Shown piece after piece: positions 9,636-18,100 of a stretch of DNA of 64,000 nt (positions are counted from its first letter, which is position 1; each line of letters opens with the position of its first letter). The notes under the pieces were generated by a model that ran no database searches, was not told the origin of the DNA, and saw only the letters and a list, made by a program, of their open reading frames with translations. The stretch comes from a virus. The position numbers and the translations under genes were made by a program. The DNA lies in the IMG/VR virus record IMGVR_UViG_3300027686_001029; one strand, given 5' to 3'.

Positions 9636-10421
9636 CTACCAATATCCTGAAAAGTTAGCGCTGCCGCCTAATGATTTCCAATAGCGACCTATATTACAGG
9701 ACCAGTACCCTGCTTTTGTTTTGTCTTTCTTAGTAGCACATTTATGTCGTGCTGCAAAAGATGCTCTTGCTCCTTTTTGTTTAAACTTAACTGATAAGTT
9801 AGTATCTCCAAAAGATACTTTTTTTACATTACCTTTTTTAGATTTAACATATACGTAGAATTTTTTAGAGCCTCCACGTTTAGGTTTGTTAAGTTTTACT
9901 TTTTTACCTTTATATTCTAGCTCATTCATATATCCGACTGAGGCTTTTATCATGTCAAATCCAGAATAGTCAAATGATTCATTTTGAATACTAACTGCTT
10001 TCCTAAATTTATCCATATTAATATTTGCTCCAATTGATTCTACTAGCTCTTTTATTAAATCAAAATCTATCATTTGCTCGATAGTAGAGGCTTCGTCGAT
10101 TGTGTCCTCGTTTTCAATCATATCGTCAATTAGACAGCCAATTTCAAATAGTGGGTTATATTTTGCAGAGACCATTGGTAAGTCTAAAGGTACCCTCATA
10201 CCATTATAATCTGCGTATTCTCCTATGTCAGTTGTTTCTAAGAGCTCTCTATCTGTTTCGTTTAACTCAATAGCTTCGTCTCTAAGAGCTTCTCTTGCTT
10301 CATTAAACAATTGTATAAAGGCTTTAGAGTTATAACGGTAGACATGCTCATGCAATGAGAGCTTATTGTCTATATGGTAAGCTAGAGATGGGTATCCTAA
10401 TATATCTTTTATTCTTATCAT
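9636..10421 (-). CDS. Acidic N-domain plus basic C-terminal module (DUF6321-like phage family)
   Basis: KFYVYV...KVSFGD...SFAARHKC...AGYWSC C-terminus recurrent in T4-like phages. Confidence 0.7.
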   Translation of the reverse strand: MIRIKDILGYPSLAYHIDNKLSLHEHVYRYNSKAFIQLFNEAREALRDEAIELNETDRELLETTDIGEYADYNGMRVPLDLPMVSAKYNPLFEIGCLIDDMIENEDTIDEASTIEQMIDFDLIKELVESIGANINMDKFRKAVSIQNESFDYSGFDMIKASVGYMNELEYKGKKVKLNKPKRGGSKKFYVYVKSKKGNVKKVSFGDTNLSVKFKQKGARASFAARHKCATKKDKTKAGYWSCNIGRYWKSLGGSANFSGYW

Positions 10422-10422
10422 A

Positions 10423-10728
10423 TTATTTCATTTCTGGGTGAAACATAAATTTTATTATTTTTGCATCTTTAGATACTTCTACACCGTCTATCTCTATTCC
10501 TATAGGATAAGGCTTAGTCTTATCGTCTGCCCAGTATGCTACATCGTAACTTTTATCTTTATTGCTAGTTACTAGTAATCCTCTATTATATGTATCCTCC
10601 TCTGCTTGGAGTACAACCATTTTATCAGTAGGAAGAATCATATCACCCATTAGTTTGATATCTCCTTCGTCGTAACCGTCGTCGTTGTACCTGTTATCTT
10701 CTTTTAGAATTATATCTGCTAGTTTCAT
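10423..10728 (-). CDS. Acidic protein with MKLADIILKE tag
   Basis: ORF track; shared N-terminal motif. Confidence 0.8.
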   Translation of the reverse strand: MKLADIILKEDNRYNDDGYDEGDIKLMGDMILPTDKMVVLQAEEDTYNRGLLVTSNKDKSYDVAYWADDKTKPYPIGIEIDGVEVSKDAKIIKFMFHPEMK

Positions 10729-11219
10729 ACTTTAAAGTCTTTACGGTAAAATTTACCGAGTACGTTATCATTTATATGAGAACTGTATTCATCCTCTAAT
10801 ACGTTATTAATAAATAGGTGTTTAGTCTCATAATAGGTTAACAGCTTTTTATTAGGTACAAATTCAAGGATTCTTTTTTCCCAATTCTCTTGAGCATTAT
10901 CTTTTTTAGATATAGCTAATATTTCTTTTTGAGAACCATAATAAGATTTCCAATCTGATTCTGTTACTACTTTTTGCTTAAGTGGAGTCCTACCGCCTAT
11001 TCCTTTTGCCTTTCTATCTAATCTTAATTCCTCTAAAGCTCTTTTACCTAGTCTTTTATTACGTTCAAAGTAGAGAACTTTTTTTCCTATGTATCTAGTA
11101 TCAGTTGGTTTATGAATTACTTCATATATAAACCCATAGGTACCTTTTGGCATATCTGAAATGTCAGTAATTAACCTCCCCTGGTGTGACCAGGTAGGTT
11201 GTGTTGGCATGTTTTTCAT
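10725..11219 (-). CDS. GIY-YIG-like protein
   Basis: GFIY...RYIGKK motif. Confidence 0.65.
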   Translation of the reverse strand: MKNMPTQPTWSHQGRLITDISDMPKGTYGFIYEVIHKPTDTRYIGKKVLYFERNKRLGKRALEELRLDRKAKGIGGRTPLKQKVVTESDWKSYYGSQKEILAISKKDNAQENWEKRILEFVPNKKLLTYYETKHLFINNVLEDEYSSHINDNVLGKFYRKDFKV

Positions 11220-11234
11220 GATTAGTTCTGGTCG

Positions 11235-13763
11235 CTAGAGTTTAGATTTCAGCTCATCAATTTGACCTTGCTGATCTTTTATAGCTTCAATTAATAACGC
11301 GACAATTTTTTCATAACGTACAGCTTTATAGCCGTTATCTCTATCTACTACTATTTCTGGAAGTATGGCTTCTATTTCTTGAGCAATAACTCCAACATCG
11401 TGTCCTTCATGGTTTGATTTAGAATTCCAATCAAATTCATATCCCCCTATAGATTTTAATTTCTCTATCGGGTTTGATATAGGAGTAACATTATCTTTTA
11501 ACCTTTCATCCGAAGAGTAGTATGCTGTTATATCTCCTGTAGCTCTTATATCCCCTGCTACATCTAATTTTGCAGCAGGAGCACTAGTCCCTATACCAAC
11601 ATTACCGTTAGCTGCAATTCTCATGCGCTCGGTATTGTTGTAAGTAGCAAATGCCATACCCGTATCAGCACCACTTGCAATCTCTGCTTTCATAGACACA
11701 GAACCTCTAAGCACTGCTCCTGGTGCTGTTGTATCTGCTGAGAAAAAGTCTAGTGAACCTATAGTGTTTCCTACAGCCCACGTTCCATCCTTTGTGCATC
11801 CCAATCTAATTCTAGCTGTATCAACATTAGAACTTTCTATATTTAAAAGTGCATCAGGAGTAGTTGTTCCTATACCAACGTTGCCGCCGTTAAAGTAAGT
11901 ATTATTGTTTGCTTGAATTTCAACTTTTACAGTAGCATCTGACTTCATTAAAAGACGAGCATCATTAGTGGCATTTGTTGTAAACTCAAAAGTTTGTTTA
12001 CCATCTGTATTCGGAGCAATAACAACCACTCCATTTACGTCTAATTTTGCGTTAGGCGAATCAGTCCCGATACCAATGTTACCGTCAGAATCTATACGTG
12101 CCTTTTCTGTGCCATCTGTTTTGAATATAACATTTGAACTTCCTCCTGTATATGAGCCATCTTCATCAGCACCTAATGTTAGGTTTTTTTGAGAATGAAT
12201 TTCAATTCCTCCTGTTACTTGTTTTATAACTCCAGCTTCTCCTTGTGTATCTCTTGAAATAAGTATAGCATTAGTTGTTCCTGCAGATGGTGTATTTACA
12301 TTTAATGTTGCAAGTTTTGCATTACTTCCTGTTATCTTAAGGCCTGTTATGTTACCATTAATATTAATTCCACCCGAGCCTGATATGATGCGAGAATTTA
12401 TATCTAAATTTCCTCCTAGTTTTGGAGCATTATCGTCCACTATATTTGTTGAACCGCCACTTGCTGCTGATATTGAAGAAGAAACATTAGTAATACCCGG
12501 TATGGCAAATGTTCCAGAAGTTACAGTCACTGTCGAACCGTTGTCTGTTATATTACTACCTGTTAAATGGCCGGTACCTGTTCCTTTTTGAATTTGATTT
12601 GCTAAAGGATATATCGGAGTTCCTTTAGTAGGGTAAGACGGTCCAAATATTACTACCTTATGATCATCTGCTCCACCTTCATATTCTTGGAACCAATCGT
12701 TAGTTGATCCATCAAACTGTAGTGATGCTGTTACATTAGACGATCCTGAGTCTATTACTTTTATCCCTGCATACCTAGCAGTTGGAGTATTATTATTAAG
12801 TATAAGAAATGCATCTCCTATTATTTTAGCTGACCCGGTAATTGTTTGAACGTAACCAAATGAACCTGTACCGTTGACTTGTAAGTTACCAGCAACTTGT
12901 AAGTTACTGCTTACTACTCCTGATCCGGTAACTTTAAGGTTACCTGTAAGTTGAGTTTCACCTGTCCTTGTAAGTAGTCCAGTTTGAGTGACTCCTCCTG
13001 TTAGAGTAACATTACCTGTTGAGTTTATAGATATTGAACCTGAATGTGTAAGGCTTCCAGTATGAAGTATGCTTCCATTTATAGTAGTGTTTCCTGTTTG
13101 ATTTACATTACCAACATGAGTTACATTACCAGTTACTGTGTGAGTAGATCCTGAAAGAATAGTGTTACCTGTTGATTGTAGTACTCCTGTCAAGTTAGTA
13201 TTTCCAATTCTAGTAGTATTACCTAAGTGTAAGTTACTTCCAGTAAGTTCTAATTTACCTACTGTTGTATTGTTTCCTGTTTGAGTATAATTTCCAATTA
13301 ATGCTCCACTTCCTGTTGTACTTACGCTACCTGTAAAATCGTGAAAATCGTCTAATGAGTCTCCAAACTTAGTTGATCCTGAGTCGAATATAATAGACGA
13401 ACTAATTAGTTCTGTTTTAAACTCTTGTGCAAATACTGTTCCTCCTACAGTAAGGTCTCCCGTAATGTTTCCTGATCCGGTTACAATAAGTTTCTTTTGG
13501 TTATAGTTCCATAAGAAGTAGCTTGACCCTGTTGCAATAGATCCTGTACCTAATGCTTCGGATCCAGATTTAACCTGTATTGAGTATTTAGATCCTCTTG
13601 CTTGGTTAACAGGAAGGATTGTCTCTGCATTTAGAGATTTAGATTTAAATAAACTTATAGAATGAGAGGTATAAGAACTTGAATAATATAGTTCTCTAAA
13701 GTTAGTATCTAACTCTGTATGAGTTAAAGCTCTTCCTAATCCGTCTCTAAATGTTAGTGCCAT
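11235..13763 (-). CDS. Long tail fibre with C-terminal peptidase S74 intramolecular chaperone
   Basis: TG-rich beta repeats, three N(V/I)GIGT repeats, SDERLKDN...GVIAQEIE...VRYEKIVALLIEAIK. Confidence 0.9.
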   Translation of the reverse strand: MALTFRDGLGRALTHTELDTNFRELYYSSSYTSHSISLFKSKSLNAETILPVNQARGSKYSIQVKSGSEALGTGSIATGSSYFLWNYNQKKLIVTGSGNITGDLTVGGTVFAQEFKTELISSSIIFDSGSTKFGDSLDDFHDFTGSVSTTGSGALIGNYTQTGNNTTVGKLELTGSNLHLGNTTRIGNTNLTGVLQSTGNTILSGSTHTVTGNVTHVGNVNQTGNTTINGSILHTGSLTHSGSISINSTGNVTLTGGVTQTGLLTRTGETQLTGNLKVTGSGVVSSNLQVAGNLQVNGTGSFGYVQTITGSAKIIGDAFLILNNNTPTARYAGIKVIDSGSSNVTASLQFDGSTNDWFQEYEGGADDHKVVIFGPSYPTKGTPIYPLANQIQKGTGTGHLTGSNITDNGSTVTVTSGTFAIPGITNVSSSISAASGGSTNIVDDNAPKLGGNLDINSRIISGSGGININGNITGLKITGSNAKLATLNVNTPSAGTTNAILISRDTQGEAGVIKQVTGGIEIHSQKNLTLGADEDGSYTGGSSNVIFKTDGTEKARIDSDGNIGIGTDSPNAKLDVNGVVVIAPNTDGKQTFEFTTNATNDARLLMKSDATVKVEIQANNNTYFNGGNVGIGTTTPDALLNIESSNVDTARIRLGCTKDGTWAVGNTIGSLDFFSADTTAPGAVLRGSVSMKAEIASGADTGMAFATYNNTERMRIAANGNVGIGTSAPAAKLDVAGDIRATGDITAYYSSDERLKDNVTPISNPIEKLKSIGGYEFDWNSKSNHEGHDVGVIAQEIEAILPEIVVDRDNGYKAVRYEKIVALLIEAIKDQQGQIDELKSKL

Positions 13764-13765
13764 TG

Positions 13766-14407
13766 TTATTTATTTTTTAACTCGTCTACTTGTTCCTGTA
13801 GGTCCTTTATTGCTTCTATCAAGTATGGTACTATACCACTATAGTTAACTCCAAGATAGCCTTTTTTATCTTCATAGACAACTTCCGGAATAACTTTCTG
13901 TATTTCTTGGGCAATTACACCTGGATTGGTATCACCTGAATCTTTCCAGTCAAAATTAACTCCTCTCAAGTGTAGTACTTTTTCTATACCGTCTTCTATA
14001 TCAACAATGTTTTCTTTTAACCTTTCATCTGATCCTTGTATTACTGTAGCTGATGCTTTTATACTACCGGATACTTCTAATGCGTAAGTTAAAGGAACAT
14101 CACCTGTTTCGTTTAATCCTATTCCAACTTTACCGCTGTGTACGATAAATCCTGGGGTTGTTGTAAGAGCTGCGCTACTTGTAAAGTAAGGTATTCTCAT
14201 ATTAGAACCTGCGGTTCCGATACCCTTTGTTAATGGTACAGCAATAGTTGCTTGATTCATACTTGCTGCTGCACTACTTGTGTAGTGTAGGTCTAGCTGT
14301 TGTCCATTGTTAGAAGTCGATGCTGAGTAAATGTAACTACCTAAGTTGGTATCCATTTCTGCATACGATAATGCTTGTCCTTTTTGTGCTCTAAATGTTA
14401 TAGCCAT
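13766..14407 (-). CDS. Short tail fibre with peptidase S74 chaperone
   Basis: SDERLKEN...GVIAQE...VNYSGIVPYLIEAIK; N-terminus similar to 11235..13763. Confidence 0.85.
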   Translation of the reverse strand: MAITFRAQKGQALSYAEMDTNLGSYIYSASTSNNGQQLDLHYTSSAAASMNQATIAVPLTKGIGTAGSNMRIPYFTSSAALTTTPGFIVHSGKVGIGLNETGDVPLTYALEVSGSIKASATVIQGSDERLKENIVDIEDGIEKVLHLRGVNFDWKDSGDTNPGVIAQEIQKVIPEVVYEDKKGYLGVNYSGIVPYLIEAIKDLQEQVDELKNK

Positions 14408-14408
14408 T

Positions 14409-15452
14409 TTATATGTCTAATTTTACTATAAATGTTGTATCAACTTCTTCCGGTTTCGGAATTGGTTTATTTGTTTTTGCTACTGCAATTAATTCATTTG
14501 CATCGTTATATAATCCTATTGAGGTTATATATGGGCTAAAATCACTACCTGTGATATTATTCCTCAGTACCCCGTTTGAACCTGATGTAGCTGATGGATT
14601 TTGTGAGAAATTAAACTCTGAATCTTTTATTCTACAGTATACGTTATACGTATAAATAGGTTGGTTTGATTTCCATCGTAAATTATGTCTGCTAAAGGTA
14701 CTTAAATATCTTGCTACATCTGTATCTGTGATAATAAGCATTCCTTCATTATATATTATATCTCCTACTACTCTCAGAGGCTTTGTATAATCTAAATTAG
14801 AGTAAGCAGTAACTAATCTTCCTTCCCCATCATCAATGATTTGTATACTCTGTTGACTTCTATTAATATCTACGTACAGTCCATTTGATTCTGTAACATA
14901 CGTAGCTGAAGAGCTAATATAAGGTGTATTACTTAAAGGCTCACTATCATACCAGTATCCTATATCTTCTGTATACTGGTTCGTTCCATCAAACTTATCA
15001 ATAATATACCCGTCTGTTAGGTACTTATCTTTTGATGCTGATTCAGGAGAAAATAATAAAGAGTGCGGAACGATATTAGTTCCGTATACCTTTCTTGGTA
15101 TACTTATGATACCTACTTCGGTTTTAAGGTCTCGTGAACGAGATAAAGTTAATGTGGATTGGTAGTGTAGGTCGTATGCAGATCCTGATTTTTCATATAT
15201 AGATCCACTGTACCCTAAGGAACCGGAAGTGCCTCTATAGTATAGTTGGTCGACACTTCTAAAGTTCAGTTCTTCATGTCTCCCTTTATATAAATCATGC
15301 GGGTAGTGTCTGTCGGTTACAGATCCGCTAAAACCTCTTAGTGTTTCTAGACCATAACTACCAGTTAGGCTACCTGAGGCATGCCATGATTTACGGGCGG
15401 GGTAGGTTGTAACAAATACATCCTGATGGTTTAGTTTTTTCCAAGCGCTCAT
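14409..15452 (-). CDS. Virion structural protein (tail collar/baseplate-fibre junction)
   Basis: C-terminal SIGLYNDANELIAVAK resembles the DUF3751/P2 gpH motif. Confidence 0.65.
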   Translation of the reverse strand: MSAWKKLNHQDVFVTTYPARKSWHASGSLTGSYGLETLRGFSGSVTDRHYPHDLYKGRHEELNFRSVDQLYYRGTSGSLGYSGSIYEKSGSAYDLHYQSTLTLSRSRDLKTEVGIISIPRKVYGTNIVPHSLLFSPESASKDKYLTDGYIIDKFDGTNQYTEDIGYWYDSEPLSNTPYISSSATYVTESNGLYVDINRSQQSIQIIDDGEGRLVTAYSNLDYTKPLRVVGDIIYNEGMLIITDTDVARYLSTFSRHNLRWKSNQPIYTYNVYCRIKDSEFNFSQNPSATSGSNGVLRNNITGSDFSPYITSIGLYNDANELIAVAKTNKPIPKPEEVDTTFIVKLDI

Positions 15453-15455
15453 TCA

Positions 15456-16484
15456 TTAATAGTCTAACTTAATTCTTATAAGAGACTCTTTTGTAAAATC
15501 TTTCAAAAGAGGTCTTGATAGTTTTGCTACTGCTAGTAGATCATTATTATCGTTATATAGTCCCACTGCTGTTACAAAGGTCTGTGGTGAGTCAATTAAT
15601 ACGTTATGTATTAACTCTCCTGACCCTGTTGTTATAGAAGGATTTGTAGTATAGTTAAATTCACTGTTACGAGCTCTAACGAATATGAAGTTAGAAGAAA
15701 TAGTTTCTTCACCTTGCATTCTAAAGTTAGATCCCCATCTGATTAGTTCAAAGAATTGTTTTTTATTATTATCACCAATAGCATTGTTACCTCGGCTGCT
15801 AGTATAGTTTAATCCTCCAGCACTAACAGGTGTTTTTAATGCATTAGCATTAATTAATATTACTCCAATATCCGGTAGTAATTTTCCATATGATCCTGAG
15901 TTGGTAGTATAGCCGTTCGATTCTTTTTTACCTGATGAAAGAACTCCTTTTGAACCGCTGATCAGTTCGTATACTCTACCTGAATCTGCAAATGTTGTAG
16001 TTGGAACAGTTATACTGTTATCAGTTAAATGTATTACATGTCCACTTCCTGATTTAGTCAACGCTAAATCCATTGTACCAGGTAAAAGCTTTTCTTTATA
16101 TCTTGCTCTATCTACATTTATGACATAGAAGTTATCTGAGGTTACTCCTCCAAAGTTAAATGAAGCTTCTTCGTCTCCTAGTATTAAGTTTCTATATTGG
16201 CCGTATATTGTAGAAGAAGGTGACTTACCTGTTACTCCAGCATTAAATAATACTGATCCGCTTCCTTTTTCATCTGCATATGCTATAGAAAATTGTACTT
16301 TCGCTCCTGTTAAGTTAGAAGCAGTCTGGTAAATATCATAATAATATTCTCCTGATGTTGCTCCTGTCTGTGTAGAGGAGGTAAAAAAAGTAGTAAGTGT
16401 TGTTGTATCACCTGACCATATTGGAGAAGTTATCGACTCAGCGCTAACTACTACATCTTCGGTATCAAATCTTTTATATGACAT
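15456..16484 (-). CDS. Virion structural protein, paralog of 14409..15452
   Basis: C-terminal AVGLYNDNNDLLAVAK; shared NSEFN(Y/F)xxNPS. Confidence 0.65.
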   Translation of the reverse strand: MSYKRFDTEDVVVSAESITSPIWSGDTTTLTTFFTSSTQTGATSGEYYYDIYQTASNLTGAKVQFSIAYADEKGSGSVLFNAGVTGKSPSSTIYGQYRNLILGDEEASFNFGGVTSDNFYVINVDRARYKEKLLPGTMDLALTKSGSGHVIHLTDNSITVPTTTFADSGRVYELISGSKGVLSSGKKESNGYTTNSGSYGKLLPDIGVILINANALKTPVSAGGLNYTSSRGNNAIGDNNKKQFFELIRWGSNFRMQGEETISSNFIFVRARNSEFNYTTNPSITTGSGELIHNVLIDSPQTFVTAVGLYNDNNDLLAVAKLSRPLLKDFTKESLIRIKLDY

Positions 16485-16485
16485 T

Positions 16486-17142
16486 TTAGTTAGTTTTAAT
16501 TATTGTTACTGGAATCGTTAACCTTGCACCTGAGTCTCTACCTATTATTGTTACTGTAGTAGATAACTGTGTATTTGTGCCGAATAAAGTATTAACTGTA
16601 GTGGCGGTTAAGTTTACAGATGTACCTATTACCGTCTTAGATACATTTGTACCTAATGTAGTGTTAGCATTTAAAGCTTCTGCAGCATCTGTATTGACTC
16701 CTACTCCTGTAAATGAATTAAGTACTCTTGTATCTGCTATTGTTGCAGTATACCCGCCTGCTTCGAAAATTGAAGTAGCACCTAAGTAGTTTAGTGTTTG
16801 AGGGGTGATTGCTAATGAAGCTCCTTGTTTAAGAGTAATAGTAGCAAATCCTAAATCTAGTACTGGAAGTTTAGAAGTACCTCGAGGAAGAGTAGTTAAC
16901 TTATACTTCAAGATTTGGTTTTCGTCTGGGAATGCTTCTAGTAGAGGCATATTTTCTATAGCCTCTCCGTATAATGCTGATCCAGATGGATGTGCAGGAT
17001 TATATAATGTATAATCGATCTCATCATCCCCTAAAGCAAATTGTGTTATTTTAAAAGAACCATCTCCTCGGGCTAATAGCTCTCTTCCTTTTTTTGTTAG
17101 GATAGCATCCACTGTTACTATCGCATTATCTAAGTATCCCAT
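16486..17142 (-). CDS. Virion structural protein (tail-collar N-terminal-like)
   Basis: LTKKGRELLA...ITQFALGD resembles DUF3751 N-terminus. Confidence 0.6.
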   Translation of the reverse strand: MGYLDNAIVTVDAILTKKGRELLARGDGSFKITQFALGDDEIDYTLYNPAHPSGSALYGEAIENMPLLEAFPDENQILKYKLTTLPRGTSKLPVLDLGFATITLKQGASLAITPQTLNYLGATSIFEAGGYTATIADTRVLNSFTGVGVNTDAAEALNANTTLGTNVSKTVIGTSVNLTATTVNTLFGTNTQLSTTVTIIGRDSGARLTIPVTIIKTN

Positions 17143-17160
17143 TTTGTTATTGTTATTTTA

Positions 17161-17168
17161 TATAAATA
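17161..17168 (-). promoter_or_regulatory. Putative late promoter TATTTATA
   Basis: Recurrent motif upstream of structural-gene starts. Confidence 0.55.
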
Positions 17169-17183
17169 TATGAAAATTTTATT

Positions 17184-18098
17184 TTACTCTATACTAGTTA
17201 CTATACCATTTAAGTCTACGTTGTATACCTCGTCTGTATCGATTGAATATACTCGAGATGTTACTATTCTGTTAAATACATTTCCTTCTGGTGTAAATAC
17301 TATACTAGAAGAAGCTGGAAAATTTTGAACTGACATTATAGAGGCTGATTTTATTGTTCTTGCATTAAAAAATATCTCTTCTATCTCTCTATCAGCAAAT
17401 AGCTGTGCTTTTATAGTCACTACGGTAGCGTCTTCACTATATATACTGCCTTCAAAAGACCTTAGTGCAAGAGCAGGATCATTACCTACTACGCTTCCGC
17501 TGTTTAATTTAGTTCCTTCATACCTAGCTCTTACTATTCCAGCTATAGTATAGTTGCTATCTTGTACTTGAGCAAATGCAGCTGATTGAGAAATAATTGC
17601 AGATAGGTTAGAAGGATTAGCAATTCCTGTATTTCTGTCTACCTGCTGTCTAACCGTATTTTTCTTCTCTACTGTTGAATTTCCTTGTAGAGGGTAAAAT
17701 TCACTATTTTCAAATCCTTTAGCAACATAAGGCTCAAATATTAATGGAGAAAGAAGTTCTCTTGGATTACCTGCATCATCATCAACTGGTAAACTTGTTG
17801 CTACCGTATCTCTCAGCCTAAAGTAGTAGTGTGTATTTTGCTGCTGTCTACCTACTATATCTGAGGTGTATACTGTGCCACCGTATGCATAGGATACGTT
17901 ATTCATTTCAGTTAAAGCAGACCTAATAGAAGTTCCATCTTGTGATCTAAAAGGTATAGTCATACCCTGTATAACAAAGGGAGCTATATTAATAGAAGCA
18001 GATACACTGCTGCTTACAAGTAAGTTTATATTACCTACTCCTCCAGTATAGTTAGAAAATGCTGCAGGATTTAACGCTATGAATTCATCTATTATCAT
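17184..18098 (-). CDS. Putative virion structural protein
   Basis: Within baseplate module; S/T/N-rich. Confidence 0.6.
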   Translation of the reverse strand: MIIDEFIALNPAAFSNYTGGVGNINLLVSSSVSASINIAPFVIQGMTIPFRSQDGTSIRSALTEMNNVSYAYGGTVYTSDIVGRQQQNTHYYFRLRDTVATSLPVDDDAGNPRELLSPLIFEPYVAKGFENSEFYPLQGNSTVEKKNTVRQQVDRNTGIANPSNLSAIISQSAAFAQVQDSNYTIAGIVRARYEGTKLNSGSVVGNDPALALRSFEGSIYSEDATVVTIKAQLFADREIEEIFFNARTIKSASIMSVQNFPASSSIVFTPEGNVFNRIVTSRVYSIDTDEVYNVDLNGIVTSIE

Positions 18099-18100
18099 CT

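Noticed and set aside
11235-14407. Diversity-generating retroelement targeting tail fibres
   Set aside because: No reverse transcriptase and no adenine-specific template/variable repeat pair seen; similarity between the fibres is limited to chaperone and docking ends
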